From Bdellovibrionales bacterium (GTDB lineage: Bacteria > Bdellovibrionota > Bdellovibrionia > Bdellovibrionales > UBA1609): a stretch of DNA of 64,000 nt. The translations under genes and the position numbers were made by a program. Below, piece after piece: positions 24,573-34,462 of this stretch (positions are counted from its first letter, which is position 1; the number at the start of each line of letters is the position of its first letter). The DNA lies in NCBI GenBank assembly GCA_965199825.1, contig OZ241329.1, forward strand, positions 352,001 through 416,000, written 5' to 3'. The notes beneath the pieces were generated by a model. It saw only the letters and a list, made by a program, of their open reading frames with translations, did no database searches and was not told the origin of the DNA.

Positions 24573-25121
24573 TTAAGCTTTTTCTACTTGAACAAAATCG
24601 AGTTCGACTGGAGTTGGTCTTCCAAAAATACTGACCAACACTTTTACTTTTCCTTTTTCTTGATTAATTTCTTCGACGGTTCCATTGAAATTGCTGAACG
24701 GACCATCGACGACCATCACACTCTCACCCATAACAAATTTGACTTTTGGTTTGGGTTTTTCTGCTCCACTTTCCATTTGCTGAGTCACACGCATCACTTC
24801 ATTTTCGGGAACTTCGGGAGGACGGGTTTTTCCACCAACGAATCCGCTAACCTTTGAAGCATTTTTGACCAGGTGCCAAGTTTCGTCCGTCAGGTGCATA
24901 TTCACAAAAATATATCCGGGAAAAAACTTACGAGAGCGTGTTGCTTTTTTACCTTTGACCAGTTCCACCACATTTTCGGATGGAATCAGAATATCGCCGA
25001 TCATCTGATCTAATTTTTGCGATTTTGAGCGCTCCTCAATAGAAGCTTTTGCGGTGTTTTCGCAACCTGTTTGGGTGTTTACGATATACCATTTTTTATC
25101 CGATGCTGCTTTGGTTTCCAC
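24573..25121 (-). CDS. nusG: Transcription factor NusG
   Basis: [32 protein letters not shown]. Confidence 0.98.
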   Translation of the reverse strand: METKAASDKKWYIVNTQTGCENTAKASIEERSKSQKLDQMIGDILIPSENVVELVKGKKATRSRKFFPGYIFVNMHLTDETWHLVKNASKVSGFVGGKTRPPEVPENEVMRVTQQMESGAEKPKPKVKFVMGESVMVVDGPFSNFNGTVEEINQEKGKVKVLVSIFGRPTPVELDFVQVEKA

Positions 25122-25132
25122 AAGATCGCTTT

Positions 25133-25510
25133 CTATTTCACAATCAGTTTAATGAATTCGCCCGAAATCAAATCGTAGAGCCCAAAGAAAACTCCCGCGG
25201 TCATCAGCATCATACAAACGACCATTGTCATTGCGGTTGTATCTTTTCTTGAGGGCCAAACGACCTTTCGAACTTCGGTCACACACTCATCGGCCCATAC
25301 CCAAATTTTTCGGTTAAATTGGAGGATCAAAAATGTGAGCACACCCACTGCCACCGGCAAGATATGCTGAACGGCAGGTTGGCTATTAAACTGAGCGACC
25401 ATCGGCAGCTGGGTTGCCAAAGCTTTTACTATCATCTCGATGACGAGGGCTGATAACAAACCGGCGATGACAAAACAGACCGTGATAATCTTGTTATTGT
25501 TTTTTTCCAA
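25133..25510 (-). CDS. secE: Preprotein translocase SecE (3-TM form)
   Basis: [13 protein letters not shown] motif; start trimmed to TTG 25510 with GAGGAG upstream, since the longer ORF overlaps tRNA-Trp. Confidence 0.93.
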   Translation of the reverse strand: MEKNNNKIITVCFVIAGLLSALVIEMIVKALATQLPMVAQFNSQPAVQHILPVAVGVLTFLILQFNRKIWVWADECVTEVRKVVWPSRKDTTAMTMVVCMMLMTAGVFFGLYDLISGEFIKLIVK

Positions 25511-25530
25511 ACTCTCACTCCTCAAAAAAT

Positions 25531-25606
25531 TGGCAGGGCAGGAGGGATTCGAACCCACAACCTACGGATTTGGAGTCCGCCGCTCTACCGTTAGAGCTAC
25601 TACCCT
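25531..25606 (-). tRNA. tRNA-Trp(CCA)
   Basis: Acceptor AGGGTAG/CTGCCCT, anticodon loop CT-CCA-AA, TTCGAAT, encoded CCA end. Confidence 0.97.
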
Positions 25607-25612
25607 ACAAAT

Positions 25613-25648
25613 AGCTTTGGGGACCCTCTTTTTTGAGTCCCCAAAACT
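25613..25648 (-). other. Stable hairpin between tuf and tRNA-Trp
   Basis: Minus strand AGTTTTGGGGACTC/GGGTCCCCAAAGCT; no U tract, so probably a 3'-stabilising or processing stem rather than a terminator. Confidence 0.5.
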
Positions 25649-25680
25649 TTGATTTCAACAATGAAACGGGATTAAGAACA

Positions 25681-26871
25681 TCAGTCCTTAATTTCAACAA
25701 CCACTCCCGCACCAACGGTACGACCACCTTCGCGGATGGCGAATCGCAATTCTTTTTCCATTGCGATGGGTCCGATGAGCTCAACTTCCATTTCAACACG
25801 ATCTCCAGGCATAACCATTTCTGTTCCTGCTTTGAGAGTTACGACGCCTGTGACGTCTGTTGTGCGAAAATAAAATTGGGGGCGATAACCATTGAAAAAT
25901 GGAGTGTGACGTCCACCCTCTTCTTTTGTAAGAACGTAAGCTTCGCAACGAAATTTTTTGTGTGGAGTGATTGAACCGGGCATCGACAAAACTTGTCCAC
26001 GCTCAACTTCTTCTTTTTTGGTACCGCGAAGTAAACAACCTGCGTTGTCTCCAGCACGACCTTCATCAAGAAGTTTGCGGAACATTTCGATTCCGGTCAC
26101 GGTAGTTTTTTGAGTGGGTCGAAGTCCAACGATCTCAACTTCTTGGCCAATTTTGATAATTCCACGCTCAATACGACCAGTCACAACAGTTCCACGACCA
26201 GAGATCGAGAACACATCCTCAACAGGCATCAAAAATGGCTTATCGACCGCACGAGTAGGTTCAGGGATGTAAGCATCTACTGCATCCATCAATCTGAAAA
26301 TCGAAGGCTCACCCACATCGCTGGAATCGCCATTCAATGCTTTGAGTGCTGATCCTTTAACTATTGGGATGGTGTCGCCAGGGAATTCGTATTTTGATAA
26401 GAGTTCACGAACTTCGAGCTCAACAAGCTCAAGCAATTCGGCATCATCAACCATATCGACTTTATTTAAAAACACAACAACAGCTGGAACACCAACCTGA
26501 CGAGCAAGCAAAATATGTTCGCGAGTTTGTGGCATTGGTCCGTCAGCCGCGGAAACAACAAGAATTGCACCATCCATTTGGGCTGCACCCGTGATCATGT
26601 TTTTTACATAATCGGCGTGTCCAGGACAATCAACGTGAGCATAATGGCGGTTTTTGGTTTCGTACTCCACGTGTGCAGTGGAAATTGTGATTCCGCGCTC
26701 ACGCTCTTCAGGAGCTTTATCGATCATATCGTAAGCCATCGCTTTTGCACCACCCGCTTTGGCTAAAACCGTAGTGATAGCAGCTGTCAGTGTTGTTTTG
26801 CCATGATCCACGTGACCAATGGTCCCGATGTTCACATGAGGTTTATTACGCTCGAACTTTTCTTTGGACAT
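25681..26871 (-). CDS. tuf: Elongation factor Tu
   Basis: [34 protein letters not shown]. Confidence 0.99.
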   Translation of the reverse strand: MSKEKFERNKPHVNIGTIGHVDHGKTTLTAAITTVLAKAGGAKAMAYDMIDKAPEERERGITISTAHVEYETKNRHYAHVDCPGHADYVKNMITGAAQMDGAILVVSAADGPMPQTREHILLARQVGVPAVVVFLNKVDMVDDAELLELVELEVRELLSKYEFPGDTIPIVKGSALKALNGDSSDVGEPSIFRLMDAVDAYIPEPTRAVDKPFLMPVEDVFSISGRGTVVTGRIERGIIKIGQEVEIVGLRPTQKTTVTGIEMFRKLLDEGRAGDNAGCLLRGTKKEEVERGQVLSMPGSITPHKKFRCEAYVLTKEEGGRHTPFFNGYRPQFYFRTTDVTGVVTLKAGTEMVMPGDRVEMEVELIGPIAMEKELRFAIREGGRTVGAGVVVEIKD

Positions 26872-26965
26872 TTTGCTTCACTCCTTATCGATGCCTGAAT
26901 TTTTCGCGCGAAAAATTCGTGATTATAAAAACATTTTTAAAACTCGTACACAGTCAGCCCAAAAG

Positions 26966-27040
26966 TGGAGCCCATGGTGAGACTCGAACTCACGACCTCA
27001 CCCTTACCAAGGGTGTGCTCTACCCCTGAGCCACATGGGC
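26966..27040 (-). tRNA. tRNA-Thr(GGT)
   Basis: GCCCATG/CATGGGC acceptor, CACCC-TTGGTAA-GGGTG anticodon arm, CCA end. Confidence 0.97.
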
Positions 27041-27045
27041 CTAAA

Positions 27046-27122
27046 TGGAGCGGGAGACGGGTCTCGAACCCGCAACCCTCAGCTTGGAAGGCTGATACTC
27101 TAGCCAATTGAGCTACTCCCGC
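27046..27122 (-). tRNA. tRNA-Gly(TCC)
   Basis: GCGGGAG/CTCCCGC acceptor, TCAGC-CTTCCAA-GCTGA anticodon arm, CCA end. Confidence 0.97.
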
Positions 27123-27162
27123 CACAAACCTAAAACTATGGCCTCCATCGCCCCTAAATACA

Positions 27163-27248
27163 TGGTGGAGAGAGTAGGATTCGAACCTACGTAGGCGTGA
27201 GCCAACGGATTTACAGTCCGTCCCCTTTAGCCACTCGGGCATCTCTCC
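27163..27248 (-). tRNA. tRNA-Tyr(GTA)
   Basis: ACGGA-CTGTAAA-TCCGT anticodon arm, long variable arm, CCA end. Confidence 0.97.
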
Positions 27249-27325
27249 ATCGGGCTACAATTTCCTTTTTTTAGGCTCCTTCAGACCGCCCGTTGACGGA
27301 AGATCTCAAGGAGAATAAAAAACTT

Positions 27326-27401
27326 TGGAGCTGGTTATGGGACTCGAACCCGCAACCTGCTGATTACAAATCAGCTGCTCTACCAATTGAGCTAAACCAG
27401 C
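27326..27401 (-). tRNA. tRNA-Thr(TGT)
   Basis: GCTGGTT/AACCAGC acceptor, TGT anticodon in a ...CTGAT-TTGTAA-TCAG... arm, CCA end; canonical Thr-Tyr-Gly-Thr-tuf order. Confidence 0.96.
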
Positions 27402-27443
27402 TTACGCGTAACCCGCACATTTACTTGAATGCTAATCGTTGAG

Positions 27444-28166
27444 TCAAAGATTATTCCACTGCCGCGCTGTTTCGGAAATCGCAATTGCGGTTGCGACCGA
27501 AGCATTGAAACTCGCTGATGAATCTGTCTGTCGAATAGAAACAAGTTCGTCGCACACATTTGCACATGTTTTTCTAAGGCCGGAGTCTTCAGATCCCACA
27601 ACCCAAATTACTTTTTTGGGCAGTTCTAATTGCCACAGTTCCTGTTTTCCCTGATGAGCGAGACCATAAATCCAAAAATCGTGTTTTTTTATCTCTTCGA
27701 GTGTTTGAGGCAGATTGTGAACAACTTCGATGGCCACATGCTCTGCCCCACCTGATGCTACTTTAGCAACGGTTGCGGTCAATTGAGCACTACGACGTTC
27801 GGGTACAAACACTGCTTTGGCGCCAAACAGCCAAGCTGTTCTTAAAACCGCTCCCAAATTATGGGGATCTTCGACCTCGTCGAGCGCCACCAACAGCATT
27901 TGTTCGCTGTCGAGAGTTTTGTAATCAAACTTTGGCGACTCATCTAAAAAAATGCAAAGGCCTTGATGACCACTGCCGATGCGGTCCAAGTTGCGATCAC
28001 TTTGTTCTTTGATCACAATTTTTTTGGCTTTTGCAAAATCGGCCCAAACTTTGAGTTGTGCCGAACGCTCAAAGCCGGTTTTGAGCCAAATTTCTTTGAT
28101 GGCACGAGGACGTATTTTTTTGGCTTCAAGACAGGCATGAAGACCGATTACCGCTCGTAGACTCAT
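27444..28166 (-). CDS. rlmB: TrmH/SpoU-family RNA 2'-O-methyltransferase (RlmB-like)
   Basis: HQG, DEVEDPHNLGAVLRTA, VGSEDSGL, SFNASVA SPOUT motifs. Confidence 0.85.
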   Translation of the reverse strand: MSLRAVIGLHACLEAKKIRPRAIKEIWLKTGFERSAQLKVWADFAKAKKIVIKEQSDRNLDRIGSGHQGLCIFLDESPKFDYKTLDSEQMLLVALDEVEDPHNLGAVLRTAWLFGAKAVFVPERRSAQLTATVAKVASGGAEHVAIEVVHNLPQTLEEIKKHDFWIYGLAHQGKQELWQLELPKKVIWVVGSEDSGLRKTCANVCDELVSIRQTDSSASFNASVATAIAISETARQWNNL

Positions 28167-28831
28167 TTGAGAGACTCAAAAATCATTTTGGCTTTGGCGA
28201 CTGGGTCTGCGGCGGACAATATAGGCCTGCCGATCACGAGGCACGACGCTCCCTCGGCCATTGCTTGTTGAGGGGTCAGAGTTCGGGACTGATCGTTTTT
28301 TTGATCCTCGTCGAGTCGAATTCCGGGTGTAACAAGAAAACTTTGAGAAAATTTTTGGCGCAAGTTTTTAACCTCATGGGGTGAACATACGAGACCTTGA
28401 ATTCCAGATTCGATCGTAAGTCTTGCAAGCTCTTCAACCTGCTGAGCGATTGGAATTTGCCGTAAAAAATTCGGCAATGTCTCTTGGGTAAAACTTGTTA
28501 ACACAGTTACCGCCAATATTTTTACTGATTTTATTTTTTGCAATGCTTCGAGGGCTGTGGGACCTGCTGCTGCATGGACCGTCACATAGTGGGCGCCAAC
28601 CTCAGCGCAGGCCTCAACAGCTGCGACCATGGTAGATGGAATATCAAAAAATTTAAAATCGATAAACAATGGGGCTAATTTTGCGAGAGATCGAGTGAGC
28701 TCTGGGCCACCTCGAAAAGCCAAACGTGGTCCGATTTTAAAACCACCCACATAAGGTAAAACTTTTTGGGCAAGATCCAATGCCTCTTTTGGTGAATCAA
28801 GATCGAGAGCTAAAAATGTGGGACTTTTCAA
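28163..28831 (-). CDS. pyrF: Orotidine-5'-phosphate decarboxylase
   Basis: FIDFKFFDIPST, AVTVLTS, VTPGIR, VIGRPI. Confidence 0.96.
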   Translation of the reverse strand: MKSPTFLALDLDSPKEALDLAQKVLPYVGGFKIGPRLAFRGGPELTRSLAKLAPLFIDFKFFDIPSTMVAAVEACAEVGAHYVTVHAAAGPTALEALQKIKSVKILAVTVLTSFTQETLPNFLRQIPIAQQVEELARLTIESGIQGLVCSPHEVKNLRQKFSQSFLVTPGIRLDEDQKNDQSRTLTPQQAMAEGASCLVIGRPILSAADPVAKAKMIFESLK

Positions 28832-30555
28832 ATTTGGACCAACGGCAACAGACTTAACACTTTTTGAACAACCTCTTCAGGAGAAACCGAATCAACAGTT
28901 TTTGTTTTACGGGTGATGATCTCGATTTTATTATTTTGTAAGCCCCGTGACCCAATATTGATACGAACCGGAAATCCAAGCAGATCAGCATCCTTAAATT
29001 TGACCCCAGGCCGCTCGTCGCGATCATCTACAAAAACATCGATCTTATGTTTTTGGAGGCCTTGAACTATTGAATCGGACAATGTGGAGGCCGAAGAATC
29101 TTGCGGATCTAACAGCGCAATATGCACATGAAAAGGAGCAATCGAGGGAGGCCAAATAATTCCATCTTTATCGTGACTCTGCTCGACTGCGGCTTGAACT
29201 GTACGACTAATGCCAATCCCGTAGCAGCCCATTTCGATGGGTTTGAGTTGGGAGTCGATATCAAGAAATTGAGCCCCCATCGCCTTAGAATATTTTGTGC
29301 CTAAATAAAAAATGTGGCCAACTTCGATGCCGCGAATGGATTTAAGAACCCCTTCGCCTTGAGGGTTTTTATCGCCGTCTTTGGTCATGCGCAGATCAAC
29401 ATATTTTTGAACAGAGTAATCTCGAGGCGTATTGACGTTTTTAAGATGGAAATTATCTTTGTTTGCACCCACGATAATGTTTGTGAGTCCTTTGAGAGAT
29501 TGATCGGCATAAACAGGAATTGTTAACCCAACCGGGCCGCAACTTCCTGGCGATGCCCCACAAGCCGCTTTGACCTCTTGATCATTGAGCATGTTTGGCG
29601 GTTCACTTAAGCCCAACAGGTTTTTTATTTTGATGGGGTTGAGTTCATCTGAGCCTCTTAAAAGAATCGCAATTGGTTTTAGGTTTTTTGGATCATTGCT
29701 CGCCGAGAAAAATAAGGTTTTTACCAAAGAGTGCTCGGGTAATTTTAAAAACTTCGACAAGTCGCTAATGGTGCGGAGATTGGGAGTTGCGAATTCCTCG
29801 ATAGAAAGTTCGGGGCCTTGGACGGCTTGGGGAGTTGAATCGATTGCGGGACAGACCTCGGCATTTGCGGCAAAGTCATCATCTCCCACAAACAGCTGAT
29901 CTTCGCCGCTCTGAGCAAGCACATGAAATTCTTGCGAATGATCGCCGCCGATATTGCCCGCATCGGCAGTGACGATGCGAAATTCTAAGCCCAAACGCTC
30001 AAAGATTTTTTGATACGCATCCTTGAGGAGATGATAACTCTCCATCGCTTTTTGGGGGGTGGTATCAAAGCTATAGCCATCTTTCATAATAAATTCGCGG
30101 CCACGCATCAGACCAAAACGTGGTCGAATTTCATCACGAAATTTTGCCTGAATTTGATACAGTATAAATCCAAGATCGCGGTAGCTCTTGACGTCTTTTC
30201 GAACAAAATCGGTGACCACTTCTTCGTGAGTAGCACCCAAACAAAAATCGTGTCCGCTGCGATTTTTCATTTTTTGGAGGCCGTCGCCCATTTGTTCCCA
30301 GCGGTTGGTTTCTTGCCAAAGTTCTTTGGGTTGGACCATCGGCATTAAAAGTTCTTGGCAGCCTTTGGCATCGAGCTCTTCGCGCACAATATTTTCGAAT
30401 TTTTTTAATGCCCGCAACATCATCGGCCCATAGGTAAAAATACCGGGTGCGACTTTGCGTATAAACCCTGCGCGAATCAGCAGGATATGACTTGGAATTT
30501 CTGCGTCACTGGGCGCATTTTTGAGAGTAAATAAAAAACTTTTTGACCATTTCAT
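28828..30555 (-). CDS. proS: Proline--tRNA ligase (with insertion/editing domain)
   Basis: KFRDEIRPRFGLMRGREFIMKD, GIEVGHIF, MGCYGIG. Confidence 0.98.
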   Translation of the reverse strand: MKWSKSFLFTLKNAPSDAEIPSHILLIRAGFIRKVAPGIFTYGPMMLRALKKFENIVREELDAKGCQELLMPMVQPKELWQETNRWEQMGDGLQKMKNRSGHDFCLGATHEEVVTDFVRKDVKSYRDLGFILYQIQAKFRDEIRPRFGLMRGREFIMKDGYSFDTTPQKAMESYHLLKDAYQKIFERLGLEFRIVTADAGNIGGDHSQEFHVLAQSGEDQLFVGDDDFAANAEVCPAIDSTPQAVQGPELSIEEFATPNLRTISDLSKFLKLPEHSLVKTLFFSASNDPKNLKPIAILLRGSDELNPIKIKNLLGLSEPPNMLNDQEVKAACGASPGSCGPVGLTIPVYADQSLKGLTNIIVGANKDNFHLKNVNTPRDYSVQKYVDLRMTKDGDKNPQGEGVLKSIRGIEVGHIFYLGTKYSKAMGAQFLDIDSQLKPIEMGCYGIGISRTVQAAVEQSHDKDGIIWPPSIAPFHVHIALLDPQDSSASTLSDSIVQGLQKHKIDVFVDDRDERPGVKFKDADLLGFPVRINIGSRGLQNNKIEIITRKTKTVDSVSPEEVVQKVLSLLPLVQI

Positions 30556-31850
30556 CCGAGATCGATTCCGTAGGCTTTAATTTTTCGATGAAGGTAACTG
30601 CGCTCAAGCCCGATAACTTCGGCGGTGCGACTGATGTTGCCATTGTTTTCAGAAATTTTCCTTAGGATAAATTCCTTTTCAAAATCGGCACGGGCTTCAC
30701 GAAAGGTAATGATCTCTTGAGAGTCGGTGGTTTCGATCAGCCCCGCAAATCTTAAATCTTCGACTGAAATCATCGGCTCAGAAATCAGAATGTAAAGACG
30801 CTCAACAAAATTATGGAGCTCACGAATATTTCCGAGCCATCTGTAATTGCTCAGGTTGACCAAAGATCCTTGGCTGAATTTTTTTAATTCATGCCCGCCT
30901 TCACGCACAAAGATTTCGCCAAAATGGGTGAGCAGTGCTGGGATATCATCCAAGTGTTCTCTTAAAGGAGGAATCTGGAGTGAATTCGATTTTAACATCA
31001 GATACAGTTGCTCAAGGAATTGCCCGCTTTGAACCTTTTGATATAAATCTGTTGAAGAGGTCGTAATGACTTTGAGATCAGGTTTTGAATTGAGAAATTC
31101 GATCAGCTTTTTTTGGCTCTCAAGCGTTAAAAACGAAATCTCTTCGAGCAGCAAAGTACCGCCGCTTGCGAGTTCACTTTTTGATTTGCTGATCACTTCG
31201 GTCACAGGTGTGATCAAGGGCCCAAAAATTTCGGCCAGCTGAAGTTCTTCGGGTCCACGACTGCAGCTGTATTCGACCAAATTTCTAGCCGCACGATGGG
31301 CAAGATAATGAATGTTGTGCGCCACCAAAGTTTTTCCAGAGCCGGGCTCCCCGAGGATTAAAACCGGGTCGTCATTTTGGGCGACTTGTGCAATTAAACT
31401 CTTTAGAGTTTTCATTTCGGCGGTCTCGCCGATCAAAGCCAAATTGCTACGAAGTTTGTTGAGCAAAGCCAACTTTTCGCGCTGCTCGTTTTGAAAACTA
31501 ATAATATTTTTAATTAAAATCGAAATCTTATCCATCGAAAGTGGTTTTTCGATGAAATCCCAAGCCCCATTTTTTACCGCTCGCACTGCGGTCTCGATCG
31601 TGCCGTGACCACTCATCACAATAAATTGGATTTTTGGTGCAATCTCTTTTGCTCGAGATAAAACATCGAGCCCATCAAGCTCGCCCGGCATCCAGATATC
31701 TAGAAAAACAATTTCTGGCGAATGCTGTTGAATAGCCTCAAGACCCGACAAGCCGTCACTCGCGGTTGTGACTTCGAAGCCATCGTCAGTCAGTGAAGCA
31801 TGCAAAACATCACGAATGGCTTTTTCATCATCAATGATCAGTAATTTCAT
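30552..31850 (-). CDS. NtrX-like response regulator (REC - degenerate AAA+ - Fis HTH)
   Basis: LDIWMPG receiver, GEPGSGKT, C-terminal NISRTAEVIGLERSYLHRKIK; start trimmed to ATG 31850. Confidence 0.88.
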   Translation of the reverse strand: MKLLIIDDEKAIRDVLHASLTDDGFEVTTASDGLSGLEAIQQHSPEIVFLDIWMPGELDGLDVLSRAKEIAPKIQFIVMSGHGTIETAVRAVKNGAWDFIEKPLSMDKISILIKNIISFQNEQREKLALLNKLRSNLALIGETAEMKTLKSLIAQVAQNDDPVLILGEPGSGKTLVAHNIHYLAHRAARNLVEYSCSRGPEELQLAEIFGPLITPVTEVISKSKSELASGGTLLLEEISFLTLESQKKLIEFLNSKPDLKVITTSSTDLYQKVQSGQFLEQLYLMLKSNSLQIPPLREHLDDIPALLTHFGEIFVREGGHELKKFSQGSLVNLSNYRWLGNIRELHNFVERLYILISEPMISVEDLRFAGLIETTDSQEIITFREARADFEKEFILRKISENNGNISRTAEVIGLERSYLHRKIKAYGIDLG

Positions 31851-31860
31851 TTGAGATCCT

Positions 31861-34011
31861 TTACGCAAAAGCTATTGGATTTAAATCACGAACCGGAAGT
31901 TCGATCACCATTTTTGTCCCTTGTGGGGGATGAGGCAAGGCGCGAATAAATCCATTGTGGTCTTCTATTGTGCGTTTAACTATTGCAAGTCCTAATCCAG
32001 TGCCCTGAGCCTTTGTGGTTACATAGGGATCAAAGATACGTTCCCGTAATCCCCGAGGAATTCCGATTCCATTATCTTCAATGATTAAACGTGCGGTCTT
32101 TTGTTGAAAGTCATACTCGGTGCGAATTTTTATTTCACCCCCCACCACGTTGGTGAGGGCCCCAATCGCGTTATCAATAAGGTTCTTTATGGCCCGACTC
32201 ATCTGGCCTTTATCAAAGTAAAATGGGGGAAGAGTTTGATCTGGAACGAACTCAAGCCCGATTGCAGGGTTGAATTCGCGATAGAGCAAAATCGATTCGC
32301 CAATCATTTTGTTAAAATCATTTAAGGCCATCTGAACCTTTGGCATCCGGGCAAAACTTGCGAATTCGTTAACGAGGCCTTTCATATCATCCACTTGATC
32401 AATGATCATCGCGATACAATCCGAAAATGCGGGATCAGAAATTTGGGCACCAAACTTTTTTTGCAAACGTTGAGCAGAAAGTCTGATGGGAGTGAGTGGA
32501 TTTTTTATTTCGTGAGCAATTCGACGTGCAACCTCGGTCCATGCGGCGGCACGCTGTGAATTTACAATCGGTGTGAGATCATCAAACACCAAAACCCGAC
32601 CAAGAAGCTTGCCCTCGTCGTCGTGCAAAATCGAGAGTGTGGTTTGTAGTGGAATTTCGCGATCTTGAATTTGGATTACGATTTCTTTTTGGGCGCCAAC
32701 TTCACCCTCGGGTAAAAGTTGTTTAAAAAGATTTGCGGCTGGTAAATGAAAATAGTGATGAAGTTCGGTACCCACAAATTCTTCAGGATCAAGCTGCAAT
32801 AGTTGCGAGGCGCGACGATTGATCATGGTGATTTCATTTTTGTTATCCACAGAGATCACCCCGGTGGTGACATTGCTCAAGACCACTTCGACATACTGGG
32901 TGTGCTCATCCAAGCGAGTGAGAGTTTCGCGAAGGGTGAGGGTCATCGAATTAAAGCTCTGGATCAAGCGATTGATCTCTTTTGAGCCTGAGACCATATT
33001 GACCGTATCAAAATCCCCTTTGGAAACTCGCGCGGTGGCCTCACCCAATTCTTCTAGTGGAATCGAGAGCTCACGAGCCAAGTAAATTCCAAACCACGTG
33101 GCGCCAAGAATAATTACCAAGGTCATCAAAACTAAAATAATTAGATAAATTGATTTCAGAGGATATTCGAGTGGATTGACGTCGCGAAGATCCTCATAGG
33201 CCGAATTGATATCGTCCATTTTTGCAATCAGTGACAAAGGCACAAAGGTCGACACAACAATCGCACCAAAATTTTTGCGGTAGCGCGCCGGTACAATCAC
33301 TCGCACCAAATTGCCTTCGCCAAAGTGATGGATGGTGCTTGCTTCGGATCGCGACTCTAACCCCTTTTTTAAAAATTCGAGGGAGACTTTTGGGAGTAGC
33401 GGCAAACCCTCTTCGCTTGCGACTGCCATTACCCGGTCTTTAAAGAAATCGGGATAATATTCGACAGCATCGACGCTGTAGCGACGCTGGAGGGATTGCA
33501 GATTTTTTTCGAGCGAGGCGTTGCCCGGTTCGAGTTCGGCAGCAATGCGTGTGGCAAAGTGAAAATTCTTTTTTTTGGCGCTGATGTAATAGGCGTTTGT
33601 GACCTCGAGAGAGTTTTTTAAAACTCCGGCCATTTTTTCGCTAAACCATCTATCAAAACTATTGTTGATATAAAAAACCGAAACCAAAAACATGAGCACG
33701 GTGGGCACGAAACTAAAAATCACAAAGGCGGCTGTGAGTTTGGCTTTTAAACTTGATCCGACCAAACCACTTTGTCGATCGGCAAAAACTTTGACCACAT
33801 TGCGAAAGATCAGAAAAAATAACAGCAAAAATAAAATGATATTAAAGTTCACAAGCCCAAAGAAAAATACCGCATGAACAAATGGCAGGGCTTGAGAAAT
33901 GGCAAACAACTTATATTGAATCCAAGTTGCCATCAAAAAAACGAGCGCAATGCCTAAGGTGAGGTAAACCTCTTTGCGGCGTTTGCGAATTTCGAGGGAT
34001 TTCATTTTCAC
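31861..34011 (-). CDS. NtrY-like membrane sensor histidine kinase (HAMP-PAS-HisKA-HATPase)
   Basis: AAWTEVARRIAHEIKNPLTPIRLSAQRL H-box, DNGIG, GTGLGLAIV. Confidence 0.92.
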   Translation of the reverse strand: MKMKSLEIRKRRKEVYLTLGIALVFLMATWIQYKLFAISQALPFVHAVFFFGLVNFNIILFLLLFFLIFRNVVKVFADRQSGLVGSSLKAKLTAAFVIFSFVPTVLMFLVSVFYINNSFDRWFSEKMAGVLKNSLEVTNAYYISAKKKNFHFATRIAAELEPGNASLEKNLQSLQRRYSVDAVEYYPDFFKDRVMAVASEEGLPLLPKVSLEFLKKGLESRSEASTIHHFGEGNLVRVIVPARYRKNFGAIVVSTFVPLSLIAKMDDINSAYEDLRDVNPLEYPLKSIYLIILVLMTLVIILGATWFGIYLARELSIPLEELGEATARVSKGDFDTVNMVSGSKEINRLIQSFNSMTLTLRETLTRLDEHTQYVEVVLSNVTTGVISVDNKNEITMINRRASQLLQLDPEEFVGTELHHYFHLPAANLFKQLLPEGEVGAQKEIVIQIQDREIPLQTTLSILHDDEGKLLGRVLVFDDLTPIVNSQRAAAWTEVARRIAHEIKNPLTPIRLSAQRLQKKFGAQISDPAFSDCIAMIIDQVDDMKGLVNEFASFARMPKVQMALNDFNKMIGESILLYREFNPAIGLEFVPDQTLPPFYFDKGQMSRAIKNLIDNAIGALTNVVGGEIKIRTEYDFQQKTARLIIEDNGIGIPRGLRERIFDPYVTTKAQGTGLGLAIVKRTIEDHNGFIRALPHPPQGTKMVIELPVRDLNPIAFA

Positions 34012-34021
34012 TATTTCAATT

Positions 34022-34462
34022 TCACTGCTGGGTGAGGCCCTTAATTTCGCGATCGATACGAATCATCTCGAGAGCTGCTTGAGCCGCATCCACACCTTTA
34101 TGTCCATGGGCCCCACCAATACGGGCTTGGGCTTGCTCATCGTTTTCGGTAGTGATCAAACCAAAGATAATTGGCTTTTGCATCTCGAGCATCACTTGCA
34201 TGCATCCGGATTCTGCCATTCGGCAAACCGAATCGTAATGAGTGGTCTCACCGCGAATCACACATCCTAAAACAATTACTGCATCGCAGTTTTTTTGTAA
34301 TAAAAGTTTTGCAACTAAAGGCAATTCAACCGCACCCGGAACCCGCAGTTGAATCACTTGCTCTCGGTTCAGCCCATGAGTATTTAGATATTCGACACAG
34401 CCCCGCTCAAGCTCGTCGGTAATCTCGGAATTAAAGCGGCTTGTGATCACACCTATTTTCAT
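34022..34462 (-). CDS. ribH: 6,7-dimethyl-8-ribityllumazine synthase
   Basis: SRFN, VPGAVELP, LGCVIRGETTHYD. Confidence 0.97.
   Translation of the reverse strand: MKIGVITSRFNSEITDELERGCVEYLNTHGLNREQVIQLRVPGAVELPLVAKLLLQKNCDAVIVLGCVIRGETTHYDSVCRMAESGCMQVMLEMQKPIIFGLITTENDEQAQARIGGAHGHKGVDAAQAALEMIRIDREIKGLTQQ

Noticed and set aside
26937..27242. 101-aa minus-strand ORF
   Set aside because: Lies over tRNA-Tyr, tRNA-Gly and tRNA-Thr
25531..27401. tRNA genes as integration sites
   Set aside because: No duplicated tRNA 3' ends or foreign genes seen; canonical tRNA-tuf arrangement
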